From positions 1 through 48,651 of the IMG/VR virus record IMGVR_UViG_3300010376_000047: a stretch of 48,651 nt of DNA; one strand, 5' to 3'. Each line of letters begins with the position of its first letter. Position 1 is the stretch's first letter. This DNA is from a virus. Its lineage: Duplodnaviria; Caudoviricetes. Below are positions 45,882 through 48,651 of this stretch, piece by piece. Made by a program: the position numbers and the translations under genes. The notes below the pieces were generated by a model, which saw only the letters and a program-made list of their open reading frames with translations, did not search any database and was not told the DNA's origin.

Positions 45882-46477
45882 TGCGGTACCCTCTTTCATT
45901 CGGTTGCGGAGCTACGCTCCATCCAGCGCCCGTTCGTTTGGGCGCTCGATGGAACGGTCGCGGCCATCCTCGACCGCGACCGCCCCGACCGTAAAGGAGG
46001 GGGTACCATATAGAGTTTTCAAGCTGCGCCAAGGATCGCCTTCATTCGGTCATAACCTCGTCCTACCGTTTCCCCGGAAAGCCAACGCCGCCGCACTAGA
46101 ACGGGGGTCGGTGGTCATCACGCTCCGGACGCGACGGTTCGAGAGCTTCATACCTTGGGGGATTCTTTTACCTATCGGTTCAAGCCCTGGCCGGGATCGC
46201 CCAACAGCCGCCGTCACGGTTGGCTACTTGCCGCCATACCCTTATCCTTTGAAGATTCGACCGTCCGTATCCGTCGCGCGCCGCTCTCCCGAGCGATACC
46301 GCTTTCTCCCGGTTTTCACCTTACTAGCATTGCTACTTGCCGGGCCGGACTCGGACTAGAAGACGCCGGGAACTAGCTCCGTTCCCGGCGTTTCAATCCT
46401 TGAGTTTTCAAAGAACGGGCGGGGAAGGCTCTTACAACTCACTTCCACTTCCCCCGAGCCGTCGTCTCGACGGCTCG
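45882..46477 (-). ncRNA. ~600-nt structured leader / candidate large ncRNA
   Basis: No credible ORF; multiple hairpins, two boxA-like motifs and an anti-RBS segment downstream of a clear promoter. Confidence 0.5.
46400..46417 (-). promoter_or_regulatory. rrn-type boxA antitermination element
   Basis: CGTTCTTTGAAAACTCAA about 60 nt downstream of the promoter. Confidence 0.6.
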
Positions 46478-46482
46478 CCTAG

Positions 46483-46511
46483 AGTATACCGGAAGCAAAC
46501 ATTGCCGTCTA
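46483..46511 (-). promoter_or_regulatory. sigma70-type early promoter
   Basis: TAGACG-N17-TATACT. Confidence 0.75.
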
Positions 46512-46534
46512 GGGTAGCAGTAGGGCGATTCTAA

Positions 46535-47105
46535 TGCTCCTCTAATGTAGTTTTTACGGTTGTATTGGGGTTGGATGCTTGGGGTATACATAGGGGATTA
46601 CTTTTCACGTGATGGGGATTACTTTTCACACGGCGTATATGTTTTGAATATGTTGTTGCAGGAGATCCTTGGTGTGGCCTGAGGTGGTCGAGGATTGGGC
46701 AATATGGGGGCAAAAAACCGGCATAGTTGAGGCTGGAATGAGTTGGGACGATTTTAGGCACGTTTTGAGTACGTTTTTACACTGTTTTGACATGTTTAGT
46801 GTACAATGGCCACGTTTTTTAGCTTTGTTTGAACTGTAATGGTTCTGTTCTTCGCGAAATGGCTTGAGTTGAGATGTAGAAAGCGCGCGCATGTCAAACC
46901 ATTGTACACGCGTATATACGCTCGGCGGTGTATTTTGGCATGAGTTGCGGTGGCCACACATGCGATTTGCCATGCTCATGCACATTTTATGGGCTTTGCA
47001 TTGAGTTGACGTGCTTACCGTGTGTTGAGTTGTGTTGAGTTGACAGGGCGCCACGACCCATTGGCGCAAGCCAATACAACCGCGCCAACCCATCGAGGCA
47101 ACTCA
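46535..47105. other. AT-rich, G/T-skewed noncoding region with repeats (candidate origin or genome terminus)
   Basis: GGGGATTACTTTTCAC x2; TTGAGTTG repeats; several 9-12 bp inverted repeats; lies at the strand switch. Confidence 0.55.
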
Positions 47106-47223
47106 ACTAATCGAATCCGAACTAAACTCTAAGGTAGCTCTAAGGTAGAGCGCGTACCCTACGGGTAACGAAAACGAAGTCGCGGCCGGGCGGATCCCGC
47201 GCCGCGCGGAAGGAGTTAGGACG

Positions 47224-47694
47224 ATGGATAAGGCTCTCGATAAGGCGAAGAAGACGGCTCGGACGTTCTACGCTCGCGAGGAGAAGGCGAACCCGGCCGG
47301 GTTCCCGTTCTCGCCCGCGAACGCGACGAAGGCGGCGGCGAAGGCGAGCGGGATCCCCGCGTCGCGGCTCGTTCCCGTCGTCGCGGCCGTTTACTACGAG
47401 GAGAACGGGAAGCGCGCGCCGCTCTCGTTCGCTCGCGGGAAGGCGACGCCCGCCGCGATTCGCTCGGCCGTCGCGAAGGCGCGCGACGCGGGCGGACGGC
47501 TCGGGCGCTGGGAAGTCCTCGCGGTTCGGCTCGGCGTCGCGCTCGGCCGTCCGGTCTCGGTCTCGGAAGTCCGCGCGCTCTACGTCGCGGCCGGGAAGGA
47601 TCTCGACTCGTCGTATACGGGTCGCGGGACTCGGGCGGGCGCGACGAAGACGCGGACGGACGAACTCGCCGCGCTCGACTCGGCGACGAAGTAA
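47224..47694 (+). CDS. basic HTH-like protein encoded by a CA/TG-free gene
   Basis: RBS AAGGAG; own terminator; similar to 38698-39210; no His, Gln or Cys. Confidence 0.8.
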   Translation: MDKALDKAKKTARTFYAREEKANPAGFPFSPANATKAAAKASGIPASRLVPVVAAVYYEENGKRAPLSFARGKATPAAIRSAVAKARDAGGRLGRWEVLAVRLGVALGRPVSVSEVRALYVAAGKDLDSSYTGRGTRAGATKTRTDELAALDSATK

Positions 47695-47715
47695 GCTCGC
47701 GCGTATTCTCGCCGG

Positions 47716-47746
47716 AAAACGGCGGCCGAAAGGCCGCCGTTTTTTT
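47716..47746 (+). terminator. Rho-independent terminator
   Basis: AAAACGGCGGCC-GAAA-GGCCGCCG-TTTTTTT. Confidence 0.9.
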
Positions 47747-48083
47747 ATCCCTCGGGACTCCGTTGACATGGGGCTGGGCGCTCGGGATGAAAATCAATAT
47801 CCACCCTTTAGCATGTGTGCTGCGCCACCCATCACCCACCCATCCAGGAACCATCCAACACCACCCCTAAAAAAATCCAAATCAAACCACCCTATATACG
47901 CGGAGGCGAGGCAGGCAACTCTTCCGCGCGCCCGAGTCAGCGCGAGTATATAGCAATTGGATACGCATCTTCGAACCGGGTCGGGCGGGCGCGTAATATA
48001 CTCGCGCGGACGCGGAAGTTGACCAAGAGCGGGCCACGCGCGCGTACGATATACTAGGACGACCGAAAAGAAAGGAGTGCTGG

Positions 48084-48437
48084 ATGGCACCCAGAGCTAG
48101 ATCCGCTTCGAAGCAACTCTCAGGCGAGGATCTGTCATACCTGGCCGGCATTTGGGAGGCGACCAACGGACTGCGTGGAGTCGGTACTGGCGCAGCCGTG
48201 GCCATCTCCGACACGGAGGCGTGGCCAAAGGCGATGGCTGAGAAGTATGGAGGCAGCCATGAGCAGTTCACGTCAACGAAGGGAAAGCAGTATTGGGGAT
48301 GGTATGTCCCGATCAAGCGGAGGCTTGAAATCGCGGAACAAGTCAGAGACCACACCATCGCCACCGACCAGGAACGGTATGACAAGGTCTGGGCCAAGCT
48401 TTCTCGGGCGGCTAACAACTCCGAATATTCGGAGTGA
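48084..48437 (+). CDS. degenerate LAGLIDADG-like protein
   Basis: DLSYLAGIWEATNG helix, later YGG...YWGWYV; RBS AAAGGAG. Confidence 0.6.
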   Translation: MAPRARSASKQLSGEDLSYLAGIWEATNGLRGVGTGAAVAISDTEAWPKAMAEKYGGSHEQFTSTKGKQYWGWYVPIKRRLEIAEQVRDHTIATDQERYDKVWAKLSRAANNSEYSE

Positions 48438-48565
48438 ACCCGTAAATAGCGGGATTTCAATACTAGACTCCAAACATCGAGTCGGCTAGAATCGAGTTAC
48501 GGATCCGGGGTGGTGCAGACGAGTCCCGCCCCGGATCCTGACTCGCAAACCAACAAAGGACAACA

Positions 48566-48651
48566 ATGGGCGATGTAGCCAGGGCGCTTCTCATGAAGAT
48601 GTGTGCGGAGGCGACCATCGAAGCAGTGGACAATCTACTTCAGACCAGCCA
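48566..48651 (+). CDS. 5' end of a hypothetical protein (partial)
   Basis: AAAGGA RBS, ATG at 48566, open to the window end. Confidence 0.5.
   Translation, partial: MGDVARALLMKMCAEATIEAVDNLLQTS

Larger units (their letters stand above)
37285..45896 (-). repeat. dispersed start-associated repeat AAGGAGGGTACC(A), 10 copies
   Basis: + strand (T)GGTACCCTCCTT or close variant at 37285, 38342, 40199, 41752, 42723, 43723, 44569, 45321, 45535, 45885, each a few nt from an ATG/GTG. Confidence 0.92.

Noticed and set aside
37285-45896. Dispersed 13-nt repeats plus a Cas4-like gene read as a CRISPR array
   Set aside because: The repeats are short, irregularly spaced by whole genes and coincide with RBSs; the Cas4-like nuclease sits in an ordinary SSB/Sak4 recombination module; no cas1/cas2.
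46531-47093. ORFs of 155 and 76 aa in the AT-rich region
   Set aside because: Composition unlike the phage genes, no RBS, and repeat-rich context suggest noncoding DNA.
47140-47854. Long - strand ORFs (209 and 212 aa) opposite the 47224 gene
   Set aside because: Arg/Pro-rich shadow frames; the lack of CA removes TGA stops on the - strand, so long open frames are expected.
1-48651. Integrase/lysogeny module, reverse transcriptase (DGR/retron), or eCIS/tailocin interpretation
   Set aside because: No integrase or RT motifs were seen; neck genes and a full replication module indicate a true phage, with capsid and terminase presumably outside the window.
1-48651. Alternative genetic code (stop-codon reassignment)
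   Set aside because: Long conserved genes are intact in the standard code, and TAA, TAG and TGA all end genes at sensible positions.

Overview
Most of a high-GC tailed phage genome with a contractile tail (myovirus-like), probably infecting an actinobacterium; the Rpf-type enzyme resembles Thermoleophilia/Gaiella proteins, which is an inference from memory. Layout: (i) + strand virion module, 1-20.5 kb: appendage/neck proteins, sheath, tube, a tail chaperone with a GGGGGAA -1 frameshift, tape measure, baseplate, fibres and small membrane proteins; (ii) - strand replication/nucleotide module, 20.5-37.3 kb: ThyX-like, HU, Rpf, DnaE, Nmad1/MazG-fold, HAD, FAD oxidoreductase, primase-MCM, SSB-like, Sak4-like, HNH, Cas4-like, SNF2; (iii) - strand array of small early-type genes, 37.3-45.9 kb; (iv) a divergent control region, 45.9-48.1 kb. 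The strongest unexplained signals are: a 658-bp transcription unit (47106-47763) with no CA and only two obligatory TG dinucleotides; three sigma70-type promoters whose -35 is TAGAC(G/T), i.e. TTGACA with TG and CA removed; a conserved extended RBS (AAGGAGGGTACCA) before about 10 early genes, with complementary anti-RBS copies displayed in structured RNAs; a repeated stop-codon-anchored RNA stem; and rRNA-like boxA elements in a ~600-nt structured leader. All calls come from reading the sequence; no database searches were run.
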